Part shown: piece after piece, positions 26,799 through 35,725 of the stretch
How positions within the stretch are numbered: position 1 is the first letter of the stretch
How the letters are laid out: each line of letters opens with the position of its first letter
The notes under the pieces: model-generated
Seen by the model: only the letters and a program-made list of their open reading frames with translations
Databases searched by the model: none
Told to the model about the DNA's origin: nothing
Position numbers and translations under genes: made by a program
DNA from: Myxococcota bacterium
GTDB lineage: Bacteria; Myxococcota_A; Polyangia; Polyangiales; Houyiibacteriaceae
DNA: 38,487 bases
Direction of reading: 5' to 3'
Assembly: GCA_039201085.1 (NCBI GenBank)
Contig: JBCCRV010000002.1
Location: 1-38,487 of the forward strand

Positions 26799-27048
26799 CT
26801 TGGTGCTATCCCCACTAACGTCGCCTTCACCCGAAAGGACAGGACGCGCCGTTTGGCACGGCCTCCTTGACTCGGCTCGGGTGTGATCGGCGAAGCCATG
26901 ACCCCGCTGTAGCCCGGCACGCCCGGTGCCGTCCGGGACACGTAAGGAGGATTAAGGCGACCGTCGCCGATCCCGCGCGGGCCCACGAACCGGCGCCCGC
27001 GTCAAACCCTTGGCCTTCATGTAGCCGCAGCAACGTTTGGGATGAGGT

Positions 27049-27852
27049 CTAGAACTCCACAACGCCTCGTGGGCGGATGCGGCCCACCATGATTTGGCCG
27101 ACCGTACCGACCACCATTCCCGTCCCGAGCGTTGCAAAGAACGGCACAAGGTTATCGTCGCTTACGATGAACGCAGAACTGCTAATCGCAGTGGCCCAGC
27201 CAACGATGGCCAAGATCCAGCTAAAGGCACGAAGCCCGCGACGGTAATCGATCGCAAGCCTGAGTCGACGCGGTTCCGTGAGGTCAAGACCACCAACCAC
27301 TGGATAGTAGTCTCCATCGAGATCGGAAACCGCCGCCCGATAGTGACCACGCTCAACGCGTGTTTCGCAAGGCGCACTACAGACCGGCGTCCATGAGTTC
27401 ACCGTGAGATTGACGCGCCCAAGGCCGTGCAGCGACGTCCCAGCGTGAAAGTTCAGCCGCAGACCCGCGGGTTCTGAAGCGAGCTCGAGCGCGATGGTCG
27501 AACCGGCCCCTTCGGCTTGCGGCGCGGCGCTTCGAGTTGGTGGTGCAGCCAGTGCCAATGCTGGCGACGCGCTCGAACGCTCAATGCCCACTACGATGGA
27601 GCTGCCAGCTTCGACCGATGCCGTTCTTGTGATCACATCACCGCTGGGGAAACGCGCTTCAATCAGATGAGTTCCAGGAAGCAGCCCGCCCACCCGAACG
27701 GGGCTGTTCCCGTGCGCCTCCCCGTCTACCCGTATCTCAGCACCTTGAGGATCGGACGTGATCACCAACTGGCCAGTGCCCTCCTGAGCCGCTGCATCCA
27801 GGGTAAAAAACACCGCACCAACGGCAACAACAAACGGTAGATACTTGATCAT
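27049..27852 (-). CDS. PEGA-domain protein with C-terminal TM segments
   Basis: Signal peptide MIKYLPFVVAVGAVFFTLDAAAQ. PEGA-like unit LVITSDPQGAEIRVDGEAHGNSPVRVGGLLPGTHLIEA. C-terminal hydrophobic segments FSWILAIVGWATAISSSAFIV and FFATLGTGMVVGTVGQIMV. Confidence 0.7.
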   Translation of the reverse strand: MIKYLPFVVAVGAVFFTLDAAAQEGTGQLVITSDPQGAEIRVDGEAHGNSPVRVGGLLPGTHLIEARFPSGDVITRTASVEAGSSIVVGIERSSASPALALAAPPTRSAAPQAEGAGSTIALELASEPAGLRLNFHAGTSLHGLGRVNLTVNSWTPVCSAPCETRVERGHYRAAVSDLDGDYYPVVGGLDLTEPRRLRLAIDYRRGLRAFSWILAIVGWATAISSSAFIVSDDNLVPFFATLGTGMVVGTVGQIMVGRIRPRGVVEF

Positions 27853-28208
27853 CCCAACTCCAACATCGAACTAAAAACACCAAGTCGCCGAATCAAGAAT
27901 ACGCGACCAAGGCTGTAAAACCCAGACACTTACTTACGAGCAAACGCCGCTTCGCAGCTGCCAAAAAGAGTTCGCCCCGTAAACACCAATACCCCCGACA
28001 CATATTTTGACCGTCTGAATGTGATGATCGGTTTCGACGTCCTAGGTCGCGCGGCAAGACTGGAGGTGGCTCTCGGGTACTCGCCGGGTAGGTTTGCCCG
28101 CTCAAACTTGTTCAGCGGGGTGCGCACCGGTACAGCGTGGTTAGTTATTTCTGCCCATGCTGCTGCCCCCATCGGACCAGCGAACAGGCTTCTAACCCCC
28201 GTGTGACC

Positions 28209-29735
28209 ATGCGACGAAATCCAACGCTCCTCTTTGTCTTCCTCCTTGCCGCCTGCAGCGAGTCCGGCTCCAGCGACACCGGTGACGCCGGCATCGACGC
28301 CGCCGCAATGGACGCCGGGATCACGCAAACCACCGTCACCGGCGTGGCTCAGAAGGGACCGCTTGTCGCCGGCTCGGCGCTCACGCTGCAGGTGCTGGAC
28401 AGCACGATGACGCAGACCGGCGAGAGCTTCACCACCGACATTCAGAACGACGACGGTTTCTTCTCGCTCGGTGACGTGGACCTCGGCGGAAACCCCTTCC
28501 TCGAGATCTTTGCCGACGGCTTCTACTACAACGAGGTCACGGACGAGATCTCCAACGACCGCCTCTCGCTCTTCACCCTCGCCGAACCGAGCGGAAGCGA
28601 CATCAACATCAACGTGCTCTCGCACCTCGAGCGGCCGAGAACCCGGCACCTCTATGAAAACCCCGCGGAGATTCTGGCCCTGAACCCGGACGGCACCCTG
28701 ACGAACAACGCCGTCCGCGACGCCAACTCGAGCGAGGATATCTTTCGCGCAGCCAAGAGCCAGGCCCAGGGCGAAGTGCTCGCGGCCTTCGAAGTCGACA
28801 CTGCCCTCGAGGTCAGCAACTCGGAAACGCTGAGCATCGAAGGCTCGAGCACGGGCGATCAGGTCCTGACCGCGATCTCCGTCATCCTCCAGTCCTACCG
28901 CTCCGTCGGTGAGATGACCGAGCTCCTCGCCAACCTTTCCGAGGACCTCGAAACGGACGGGACGCTCGACAGCCAAGAGCTGTTGAACGACCTCTTCACG
29001 GGGGCGAGCTTCGTGAACACGGAAACCGTAACCGAGCACTTGGCCGGCCGCTTCAGCGAGCTCGACGAAGCGAGCGCCGGGGGCTTCGTCACCCATTTCG
29101 AGAACTTTCTCGCGAACACGAGCGGCGTGCTCGACGGCGGCCCGGGCTTGCCGGACGAGTCACCGGTCATCTACGCCAACATCGGCGGTGAGCAGCTCCG
29201 AGCCGACCAGCCGAACGTGTTGAGCGAAGGCGCAACCTGCATCCCGGACGGCAACTTCGGTTTCGCCGCCGAGGTCCCAGACGGCTTCGCGCTGCAGATC
29301 ACCCTTACGGTCGTCGAGGGCTACGTCAGCTGGGGCGTGCAGAACCGCGACAACGGCTGGGACGTCCTCGGTGAGCGCCCCGCAGCCACCCCAGACCCCT
29401 CCATGCCGCCCGACGGATCGCTCAGCAACGTCGGCGAATCCCAGACGATCGTGACGGACCTCGCGTCCGACTCGCACGAAGCCGAAATCTCCTTCATCGG
29501 ACACGGCGTTGTCGAAGTCGCCTACTTCGCCAACGGGCTCAGCGGTCCCTACCTGACGAAGAACGTCACCGTCGTGTCGTGCGACTTCCCCGTCGATTTC
29601 ATGGATCCCGAAGACCCCGACGCCCCACCGGTCCAGGCCACCGTGTGCGACTATTCGAACAGCGACGCGAGCTGCGACAATCCGCTCGAACGCAACGACA
29701 CTCCGGCCCCCGACCTCCCCGGCGGCGAACGCTAG
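28209..29735 (+). CDS. acidic lipoprotein, unknown function
   Basis: ATG at 28209. Lipobox LLAAC within MRRNPTLLFVFLLAACSESG. Strongly acidic, with coding-like GC3. The long antisense ORF 27930..29096 is rejected. Confidence 0.75.
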   Translation: MRRNPTLLFVFLLAACSESGSSDTGDAGIDAAAMDAGITQTTVTGVAQKGPLVAGSALTLQVLDSTMTQTGESFTTDIQNDDGFFSLGDVDLGGNPFLEIFADGFYYNEVTDEISNDRLSLFTLAEPSGSDININVLSHLERPRTRHLYENPAEILALNPDGTLTNNAVRDANSSEDIFRAAKSQAQGEVLAAFEVDTALEVSNSETLSIEGSSTGDQVLTAISVILQSYRSVGEMTELLANLSEDLETDGTLDSQELLNDLFTGASFVNTETVTEHLAGRFSELDEASAGGFVTHFENFLANTSGVLDGGPGLPDESPVIYANIGGEQLRADQPNVLSEGATCIPDGNFGFAAEVPDGFALQITLTVVEGYVSWGVQNRDNGWDVLGERPAATPDPSMPPDGSLSNVGESQTIVTDLASDSHEAEISFIGHGVVEVAYFANGLSGPYLTKNVTVVSCDFPVDFMDPEDPDAPPVQATVCDYSNSDASCDNPLERNDTPAPDLPGGER

Positions 29736-29882
29736 ATCGCGCCGACCGCGCGCGTGCGGCGTCCTCCAGCCGACGCGCCCGCCGCGCGCGCGTTCCGTGG
29801 CCAGCATCCCACCACCTCCGCAGAGCTCCGTCGAAACGGGCACCCGTTCAACACGTGCTGCGAAGTCGACTCAACGGCGGCT

Positions 29883-30191
29883 CTACGCGTGGCTGCTCGC
29901 AACTCGGGCAGCCTCCGCTACGGCAACGACGAGCTCCTTGATGCTCGTGCAGTGACGGGCGAAAACGGGCCGCTGCCAGTCACAGTCCTTTACCACGACG
30001 ACTTTGAAACGTCCGTCCGCCGCGAACGACGGATACCACCCAACGTCCAGGGTGACGTCGCCATAGAGGACTTGCACCAGATCTTCTTTGAGGTCGCCAC
30101 ATTGCGCACCTAGCGGTCGGCCGGGATCGATTCGCTCAAGGTCCCAGTAGGTCACCCGACCGTTCCCCAGCTGAAAATCATCCGCGTTCAT
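29883..30191 (-). CDS. small cytoplasmic hypothetical protein (102 aa)
   Basis: ATG at 30191 (MNADDFQLGNGRVTYWDLERID...). No signal peptide and no motif I can name. Confidence 0.45.
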   Translation of the reverse strand: MNADDFQLGNGRVTYWDLERIDPGRPLGAQCGDLKEDLVQVLYGDVTLDVGWYPSFAADGRFKVVVVKDCDWQRPVFARHCTSIKELVVAVAEAARVASSHA

Positions 30192-30260
30192 GTTCGTTCC
30201 GCTTCCAATGAGAACCGCCGCATTCCACAAGCAACACATCGTTGCTTCTTCATGCCCGAC

Positions 30261-30521
30261 CTACGGCGTCTGACTCCACCACGCGTATGCAGCGGTAAGG
30301 ACGCAGAGCACCACGAGAAGGAGCACGAGGACCACGCCGTGTCGCTTGCGGACGAGCGCCACGCCGCCTTCCCTGCCGCATGCGGGGCATCGCTGCGGCT
30401 TTTCCTACGGGGTAAAACAATGCTCGCAACACGCGCAGGTGTAGGTGGCGGCGTTCGGTTGGCGACGGTCAGAGCCCTTCCCTCCTCGCAGCTGGATCCA
30501 GAACGCGATGACAATACGCAT
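30261..30521 (-). pseudogene. zinc-ribbon plus C-terminal TM mini-ORF interrupted by a single in-frame TAG
   Basis: One minus-strand frame reads MRIVIAFWIQLRGGKGSDRRQPNAATYTCACCEHCFTP-TAG(30405-30407)-EKPQRCPACGREGGVALVRKRHGVVLVLLLVVLCVLTAAYAWWSQTP-stop(30261). It has CxxC...CPxC spacing and a clean TM helix. It is too short or interrupted to appear in the ORF track. Confidence 0.3.
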
Positions 30522-30564
30522 CGCGCGCACGGTCCGCGACGTCTAAGCTCTGCAGCGCTTAGCC

Positions 30565-30966
30565 ATGAAAGAGAACGTACGAACGCTGCTCCGGTGGGTG
30601 TTTGGGCTCGCGTTTATCGCCGCGGGCATCAACCACTTCGTGAACGAGGACTTCTACGTTGCGATCATGCCGCCGTACCTTCCGTGGCACGAAGCGCTCG
30701 TCCAGCTCTCCGGCGTTATTGAGATTCTGGTGGGCGCTGCCGTACTCATTCCAAGGCTTCGGCCGCACTCCGGGTGGGCGGCCGTTGCCACGCTGCTCGC
30801 GGTGTTCCCGGCGAACGTTCATATGGCCCTTCATGCCGAGGACTTCCCCGACATTCCCGTCTACGGCTTGTGGGTTCGGCTTCCCCTTCAACTCGTGATG
30901 ATCGCGTGGGCGATTTGGGCAACGCGACCGCCCCACGCCCCCTCGATCCCCGCCACTGCGGAGTAG
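30565..30966 (+). CDS. DoxX-like family membrane protein
   Basis: ATG start. Four TM segments. The pattern RWVFGLAFIAAGINHF...IMPPYLPWHEALVQLSGVIEILVGAAVL...LLAVFPANVHMA is typical of DoxX-like proteins. Confidence 0.7.
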   Translation: MKENVRTLLRWVFGLAFIAAGINHFVNEDFYVAIMPPYLPWHEALVQLSGVIEILVGAAVLIPRLRPHSGWAAVATLLAVFPANVHMALHAEDFPDIPVYGLWVRLPLQLVMIAWAIWATRPPHAPSIPATAE

Positions 30967-31137
30967 CCGAGCGGCCTGGTCCAGCGCTAACGAACCATGG
31001 CTTTACGCTCACCAACGTGAACGAACCGGTTTCCGAGCAAGAGTTCGGGCAACGACACGACGCGCCGCGTCAAACCATCTTAGGGCGGGGCGCCGCGAGC
31101 ACCGGGCGGCTCGAAGCATCGTAGGTCTGAGCGCAGC

Positions 31138-31177
31138 CATTAGGTATTGCCTAATGACTTCGTTCAAATATTGAACG
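31138..31177. promoter_or_regulatory. two adjacent AT-rich palindromes upstream of the baeRF3-like gene, candidate operator or promoter
   Basis: CATTAGG-TATTG-CCTAATG (31138-31156) and CGTTCAA-ATA-TTGAACG (31161-31177). They are 63-102 bp upstream of the ATG at 31240, in a locally AT-rich patch. Confidence 0.45.
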
Positions 31178-31239
31178 TGGCTGACGAACGAGACTTCTCT
31201 AGCATCGGTGTACGCCTACAGCCGCAGAGAACCCCCGCC

Positions 31240-32352
31240 ATGCCCCACCATGACCCCTTCAGCACCCGTGAAATCGACGCGCTCTTGGTCCCCCGGGAGG
31301 GCCCCCACGTGTCCTTCTTCCTGCCGACGTCCCGGGTTACGCCACACGCAGAGCACGACCGGGTGGTGCTGCGAAACCAACGGGCTGAGGCGTTCACCGC
31401 GCTCACGGAGAGGCATGGGCTTCGTCGACGTGAAGCCGAGTCCCTGCTTCTTCCCGTGGATGGGCTGCTGGAAGACAGCGCGTTCTGGGCGCACCTCAGC
31501 GATGGGCTGGCGCTCTTCGTCGCCGACGGACACTTCACGTCGCTTCGCGTGGCATCGCCCTTGCCTGAACGCCTCACGGTGGCGCCCCGCTTCGTCGTTC
31601 AGCCGCTTTTGCCGCTGCTCTCCGGCGACGGGACCTACTACGTGCTCGCACTCAGCGCGAACGTGGTTCGTGTCTTTGAAGCCAGCCGAAGCGGCATCAG
31701 CGCGCTGCACTTGGCAGACCTTCCAACGGACCTGCGGGAGGCCCTCGAACTCCGCGGGCGCGACCCAAAGGACACGACAAACCGCGGATGGCAGGGCGAT
31801 GAAGGAAAGAAGCGGCTCTACCGCAAGCTCTTCACGCGCGTTGACCGAGTGCTTCGACCGATGCTTCGGGGCGAACCGGTGGTGCTCGCGGGCGTCGACC
31901 ATCTGCTGCCGATCTTTCGGCGGGCGAGCGGCTATGCTCGCCTCGTTTCGGACGCCGTTTCTGGCAATCCGGACGAACTCTCGAAGGAGCAGCTCCACGA
32001 AAAGACCTGGCCCCTCGTGCAGGCGATCTTCGACGCGCCACGGCGCGAAGCGATCGCTGCCTTCGCCGAAAAAGCCGGTACCGGTCTCACCGCAAACGGC
32101 CTCGCGGATGTGCTCATCGCATCGTCCGAGGGTCGAATCGACACGCTCTTCGTCGACCCCGCGGCGAGTGCGATCGGCACCTTCGACGTGGAGTCACGCC
32201 GACTGGCGATCGACGGCGATCCCCGCGCCAACAGCCAGGACCTGATCGGCCTTGCCGCCCAGTGGTCACACGAACGCGGCGGACGCGTCTACGTCGCCGA
32301 GCCTGACGACCTTAACGGAGCCAAGTTGCCCGCGGCGCTCCTTCGCTTTTGA
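31240..32352 (+). CDS. baeRF3-like protein (bacterial archaeo-eukaryotic release-factor-fold family)
   Basis: ATG at 31240; the ORF's listed start at 31147 is a TTG. Landmarks as I recall them for baeRF3: HVSFFLPTSR near the N-terminus, FWAHLSDGLALFV, RFVVQPLLPLL, YYVLALSANVVRVFE, PVVLAGVDHLLPIFR, GRIDTLFVD, and the C-terminal GGRVYV...LPAALLRF. Confidence 0.65.
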   Translation: MPHHDPFSTREIDALLVPREGPHVSFFLPTSRVTPHAEHDRVVLRNQRAEAFTALTERHGLRRREAESLLLPVDGLLEDSAFWAHLSDGLALFVADGHFTSLRVASPLPERLTVAPRFVVQPLLPLLSGDGTYYVLALSANVVRVFEASRSGISALHLADLPTDLREALELRGRDPKDTTNRGWQGDEGKKRLYRKLFTRVDRVLRPMLRGEPVVLAGVDHLLPIFRRASGYARLVSDAVSGNPDELSKEQLHEKTWPLVQAIFDAPRREAIAAFAEKAGTGLTANGLADVLIASSEGRIDTLFVDPAASAIGTFDVESRRLAIDGDPRANSQDLIGLAAQWSHERGGRVYVAEPDDLNGAKLPAALLRF

Positions 32353-32804
32353 TCATCGCCGCCCCGCGACCACGTTTGCGCAACGTGCGCCGGCGAGACT
32401 CGCCGACGGCCAAATTCAAGGCTAGCTTTATCGAATCGAACGCACGCCAACCAACGTGGAGATGCGCCGCCGAAGCTTCAACGCGAAGCTAGGGCTCCTT
32501 CTGCTCGCTTTCGGCAGCGGATGCGTGCTTCGCATTCCCCGCGTTGGCAACACGCGGGGCCGCGAACGCCGCCGAAGCCGACGCAGTCGACGGCGGGCAC
32601 GACGGTCCTCCTAGCCCGCATTCGTCACCAGATGGCGCCCCCTCGCACAGCCCTGGCGATCTCGTTGGGGGATTTCGCTACGGGGACGGACGCGGTCGGC
32701 GCCTTCAGCGGTCTACGGGTCCTACGCCGTTCAGCATTCCAGTGCTTCGGCCTACGCACCCCGCGGACGCGTGCGGGACTTCGGAAACTCGCGGGATGCG
32801 TTGC

Positions 32805-34145
32805 TCAGAACGGCATGAAGCTGAGTCCGAAGGCGCGCTCGACAAACCAAAGCAGCGCAATACCCGCGATGGGACCGCTGCCGAAGCGCACCACGGCGCG
32901 CGTCCACCTCGGCTGCTCGGTCAACAGCAATAGGACCGGAAAGACAGGCAGCACGATCGCGAGCTGGCCAAGTTCGACGCCCAGATTGAACGCCAAGAGC
33001 GCCGTCGTAAGGTCACCGCTTGGCATGCCAAAATCACGCAGCACGCCGCAGAACCCAAAGCCGTGAATGAGTCCAAAGGCAGAGGTAAGTAGAACCCGCC
33101 GCTTGGACTTGTCCATGGACCCATCGGGTCCTTCGGATCGAGTCAGCCAAAGGTTCTCGATGGAGACATAGAGGATCGAAAGGGCGATGCCGCTCTCGAC
33201 AAACGCGGTGCCCATCCATTCGTTCAAAGGCACGATGGCCAGCGCGCCGAGGATCAGCGTGATGCTGTGGGCGACGGTGAACGAGGTCACGAGCACGGCA
33301 AGGTCCTTCCACCGTCGCACGACGAGCAGAAGGCAGAGCACGAAGAGCACGTGGTCGATTCCGCCCCAAATATGAATCATCCCTTGCCAGAGATAGTCGC
33401 GGAAGACGCCCCTAGACGATGCCGCATGTTCCACGTCTTCCGTCGCCGAGGGCCCCGCCCCACGCGCAGTCGATGCGGGCGTTTCCGCGTCCACAGTCGA
33501 TGCGGTCGATGCAGCATCCTCCCTGGCTTCTGCCGAAGAGTCTTCGTCGAGGGGCTCAACTGCGCCGCTTGGTACGTCGGCGGGCGAGTCGTCCGTCGGA
33601 GCTCCTGCCGCGGGATCTACCGCGGCGTCTTCTGCGCCTTCTGCAATGGGCCCGATTTCAAACGTCTGACGGTTGCGCCCAAACGTGAGCCGCTGTCTTC
33701 GCTCCCCAAGGGAGATGTCCGCAACGAAGACATGGCCACTGAAGGTCTCCATGAAGAGAGTGTTTCGAATGCGCAACGCATGCACGGCGCCACGGCATCG
33801 GAAGTCGCGTTCGAACTCGAACATCGTCTCGCGCAACACGACGGATCGCACTTCCTCGTCGCCTTCGCACGGACTCCATGCGTCGGACTCGCCCTCACGG
33901 CTCGTGAACACGAGGTTCTCATCGAGGTATTCGGCGAACCCTGCGCCCCCACCGCTCGCCCCGGCCCGCTCTTCCGCTTCATCTCGGTCGAGCTCGAATG
34001 AGACGCGCACGACCTGCCCCTCTACCTCGGCTCGGAGGTAGCTGACGCTGAAACCGTGGGCCGCCGCCTCGCCCGGGAAGGCCATCAAGAGAGCGATGAG
34101 CCCGCAGACCGCAAGGGGCCGGGCAAGGGAGAACGAAGCAATCAT
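32805..34145 (-). CDS. HupE/UreJ-family (HupE_UreJ_2-like) metal transporter with long N-terminal extracytoplasmic domain
   Basis: Signal peptide ends AAAHGF. Membrane core motifs: GGIDHVLFVLCLLLV, SFTVAHSITLILGA, GLIHGFGFCGVL, AFNLGVELGQLAIV. ATG at 34145; the listed start at 34172 is a TTG. Confidence 0.8.
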   Translation of the reverse strand: MIASFSLARPLAVCGLIALLMAFPGEAAAHGFSVSYLRAEVEGQVVRVSFELDRDEAEERAGASGGGAGFAEYLDENLVFTSREGESDAWSPCEGDEEVRSVVLRETMFEFERDFRCRGAVHALRIRNTLFMETFSGHVFVADISLGERRQRLTFGRNRQTFEIGPIAEGAEDAAVDPAAGAPTDDSPADVPSGAVEPLDEDSSAEAREDAASTASTVDAETPASTARGAGPSATEDVEHAASSRGVFRDYLWQGMIHIWGGIDHVLFVLCLLLVVRRWKDLAVLVTSFTVAHSITLILGALAIVPLNEWMGTAFVESGIALSILYVSIENLWLTRSEGPDGSMDKSKRRVLLTSAFGLIHGFGFCGVLRDFGMPSGDLTTALLAFNLGVELGQLAIVLPVFPVLLLLTEQPRWTRAVVRFGSGPIAGIALLWFVERAFGLSFMPF

Positions 34146-34269
34146 CCGAGGGGCATCAAGGGCGCACGCCAAGAGCGACGTACATGCTTCGGGTTAGCCT
34201 CCGCCCTCCGTTAATGCAAGTTGGTTGCATCTTTGGCGTTCGCGATCTTGTCGCGTTTCCATCGTCGCG

Positions 34270-35334
34270 CTACGGACTGCACTCCGTACCTTCGGACGGC
34301 CGACAGACCCCATCCTCACACCTTCCGCTCGCGCAGTCGCGTGCGCCGGTGCAGGCCTGTCCACTCGCCTGGCGAAGCTCGACGCATCTTCCGCCGCTGC
34401 ACTCAAACGACAGGCATTCGGTATCGAACTCGCACGCGCCGCCCGTGGGGACCCCCATCGCGCACATTCCACCGAGGCTGCAGACCAGTCCCGGCCGGCA
34501 GAACCTCCCTGCCGTACCCGGAAAATCCCGGCATCGGTCGCCGATATCGAGATCTTCGACGGCACATTCGTTGTTCACGCAAATCAACTGGCTCTCGCAT
34601 CGGCTGGCGATCCGCCGGCCGGACCCGTCAGAACAAGCGCCACCTTCGCCGACCACTTCAAAGTCTGAGTACGGAGTGCAGCGCCCCTCAAGGCACCAGG
34701 TGAAGTCGGCGCACTCGGCGTCCGCGCTGCACTCCCCCTGCGCCGCGACGGGCGGCAGGCATCGCAGTGCTTCATCGTCGCCAAGCCGACAGCGATACCC
34801 CGATGGACACTGGGGTGAACTTCCACACGGCTCACCGGCCGTGAAATACTGCCAAGGGGCACATGCCCCACACGTGTCTGACCCGGTCGTCCAACACGCC
34901 AGACCGGGTGAGCAATCACGCATCCATCTGCACGGTGCATCGGCTTCAAAGCCGCCGGTGTACGCACGCCGGCATGCATCGGAGGTGGCGATAGCTCGCT
35001 CACAGTTCAGCTCGGAGTTCAGACACTCCTCAGCCGCCACGGGGTCCAGCGTCGCTCCGTGCTCATTCACCAGAAATCGAATGCGTGGCGCCAATCGCTC
35101 GTTGAACGCCGTCTCAAGAAACCTGTCCAACGGCGGGCCACCGCGCGCTCGCTCGAGCTGACCCATCGAGGCGAAATCGCCGCAGCGCCGGGCCTGTTCA
35201 AATGTGAGCGCGTCGAGTGCCCGCTGGAAGGCCAGGATGCGTTCGACCTCATCAGGCAAGGGCGTCGAACGCGCGCAGCCCACCAAACCGATGAGCAAGC
35301 ACAACGCCAACACGATAAAACGATGAAGATGCAC
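34270..35334 (-). CDS. Cys-rich repeat lipoprotein
   Basis: GTG at 35334 gives MHLHRFIVLALCLLIGLVGC (lipobox LVGC). The C-terminal half carries repeats such as ECSADAECADFTWCLEGRC, GGACEFDTECLSFECSGGRC and GQACTGARDCASGRCEDGVC. The start is uncertain, and the ORF is open up to 35535. Confidence 0.7.
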   Translation of the reverse strand: MHLHRFIVLALCLLIGLVGCARSTPLPDEVERILAFQRALDALTFEQARRCGDFASMGQLERARGGPPLDRFLETAFNERLAPRIRFLVNEHGATLDPVAAEECLNSELNCERAIATSDACRRAYTGGFEADAPCRWMRDCSPGLACWTTGSDTCGACAPWQYFTAGEPCGSSPQCPSGYRCRLGDDEALRCLPPVAAQGECSADAECADFTWCLEGRCTPYSDFEVVGEGGACSDGSGRRIASRCESQLICVNNECAVEDLDIGDRCRDFPGTAGRFCRPGLVCSLGGMCAMGVPTGGACEFDTECLSFECSGGRCVELRQASGQACTGARDCASGRCEDGVCRPSEGTECSP

Positions 35335-35725
35335 CGGCTCCCAAGAAGCAACTACCGTGCCTATGAATCGCTCTCGAAGCGCAGGGATGGAGCGAGGCAG
35401 CGTTATTTCTGTAACCGCTGCGTCGTAACGGCGATAACGCATGACTCCGGCGAGACGGAGCGCGGCGACGAGCTTCTGTTGTTGTGAACCGGCGGCGCAC
35501 GTCCAACCGCTGCCTGAACCGGCCATGGTGTACAACGGGCGTGAGGTTGAGGTTGGGATCCGCGCGCTCTCGCAGTCGTTGATTCCGGGTCGGTCCGAAA
35601 CGCGGACGACCAGACTCTCCCGTCGTCACACCGATCGGCCCGCTCGATGCTCACCCGGGTTCGCTTGGGGTAAGCATTTTCACGCACCCTTGACGCGCAC
35701 GCACGCTCCAGCGCCATGCTGGAGG

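Noticed and set aside
26942-26949. Strong SD-like TAAGGAGG in the spacer between the PEGA and beta-helix genes (plus strand)
   Set aside because: No ATG, GTG or TTG follows at a suitable distance on the plus strand, and no plausible ORF follows.
27930-29096. 388-aa minus-strand ORF
   Set aside because: It overlaps the plus-strand lipoprotein gene 28209..29735, which has a canonical lipobox and coding-like composition. The minus frame has neither.
34184-35161. 325-aa plus-strand ORF
   Set aside because: It is opposite the Cys-rich lipoprotein gene. It is Ser/Pro/Arg/His-rich with no structure.
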